Shown here one piece after another: positions 62,874 to 64,000 of a DNA stretch of 64,000 nt. A program made the position numbers and the translations under genes. The stretch covers positions 7,998,001 to 8,062,000 of the forward strand of contig NC_043010.1 of NCBI RefSeq assembly GCF_006345805.1, read 5' to 3'. This stretch comes from Octopus sinensis. Lineage: Eukaryota. The notes beneath the pieces were generated by a model. The model had not been told where the DNA came from and searched no databases. It saw nothing but the letters and a program-made list of their open reading frames with translations. The first letter of the stretch is position 1. The number at the start of each line of letters is the position of its first letter.

Positions 62874-63310
62874 GCCTTGTCTTGTCTTGTCTCTCCCTAT
62901 CTTTGTTGCTGAGGGCCGGGGACCATAAATACCTGCACAGTCTCCCTCAATTGATTCTTGCCTCAGGTGCATTCAACCAGAAGCTTTCCAGTAAATTCTT
63001 CTCGGTCTTCCCCTTCCTCATTTCCCATTGATTCTTCCCTTTAGGATGTGGGGGTTGCAGTTCTGAGCCCCGATGACCTGCTAAAAATATTGCTGTTTTT
63101 TCTTCCTGGCACTCACTAGAAATTCTCCTTTTGTTTCTATTCCCTCAAGTAGAGAACCATTTGTTCAGTGGTTAATCAAGCTGATTTGTCGTACTCTTTG
63201 GTAGCACATTGTTCCAACTGTTCTCAGTTTGGCAATATTGTTTGCCCTTGTGGGCCAGCTTTCACATTCATACTATTCAACTTTAATTTGATGTTCTTGC
63301 CAAGACCCCT
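62874..63310 (-). pseudogene. RTE-clade LINE 3' end with (GACAA)n tail
   Basis: YECESWPTRANNIAKL...CYQRVRQIS...TNGSLL...KQQYF*QVIGAQN...ILKGRINGK*GRGRPRR. Confidence 0.8.
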
Positions 63311-63768
63311 GTCTTTTCAGATCAAACACAGTAATTATAAGACTAATATTGCTATCCCAAGTCTCTGTCTCCTGACCCCGATTTTAAACTGCATGCTCTC
63401 CACTCCTTCCTCCCAGTGACCAGAGATAAAACTGGAATACAATCACATTTTCAACTCAATCCTACAGGAATTTCTCTATTTGTTACATTAAAACTTTGAC
63501 CAATTGAATTGCACTCATAGATAAAACAAAAACTAAATTCACTGTATCTCTAATCATTCTCTCCATCTTCTCCTTTCTCTAAAACCATATGTGACATGTG
63601 ACTGTCCATCTTTTTTTCTCTCTTACCATGTCCTTCTTATTTGAAATGAAGATAATTACTTGAATATTATTTGTAAATGACAACTACAATCTGTTGCTCT
63701 ATACTGATGAAGCACATCATATAGAAACAGGCTGTTTGAACATTCACAGTTAGCCTTAAACCAATTAT

Positions 63769-63998
63769 CTGTTTCTTTATTGCCCACAAGGAGCTAAACA
63801 TAGAGGGGACAAACAAGGACAGACAAAGAGATTAAGTCGATTACATCGACCCCAGTGCGTAACTGGTACTTAATTTATCGACCCCGAAAGGATGAAACGC
63901 AAAGTCAACCTCGGCGGAATTTGAACTCAGAACGCAACGACAGACGCAATACTGCTAAGCATTTTGCCCGGTGTGCTAACGTTTCTGCCAGCTCGCCT
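63769..63998 (-). mobile_element. SINE family C, monomer
   Basis: Matches the C consensus to the window end. Confidence 0.88.
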
Positions 63999-64000
63999 TA

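Overview
This is very AT-rich, microsatellite-saturated animal DNA, most likely intronic or intergenic sequence from an octopus or other coleoid cephalopod. That assignment is inferred from tRNA/CORE-type SINEs resembling the octopus OR/OK families and from the extreme (TA)n/(CA)n/(GATA)n load. Almost all ORFs in the supplied track are microsatellite or SINE artefacts. The window is dominated by five recurring short retroelement families, labelled here A, B, C, D and G. It also holds decayed LINE fragments (CR1-like RT, three RTE pieces plus an RTE N-terminus, two R4/Dong-like restriction-like-endonuclease ends, a Penelope GIY-YIG fragment), two non-autonomous Helitrons, an internally deleted mariner and several MITEs. 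No host gene can be identified; only a few low-confidence exon candidates are seen, the best being a minus-strand terminal exon at 2174-2445. The most interesting signals are: (1) palindromic Penelope-type elements carrying minimal hammerhead ribozymes, one with an intact core at 43909-43946; (2) one tRNA-CORE SINE head (family D) joined at the same pyrimidine tract to four different 3' modules, one of which runs into an RTE LINE 5'UTR and endonuclease ORF start; (3) a 133-bp target-site-like duplication around a family-B insertion; (4) a SINE-A tail matching the 3' end of the CR1-like LINE it sits inside; (5) a dimeric SINE-C with the same junction at two loci; (6) a (TAA)n array that has collected a stack of insertions. 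Family labels are mine, boundaries of old copies are approximate, and no database searches were run.
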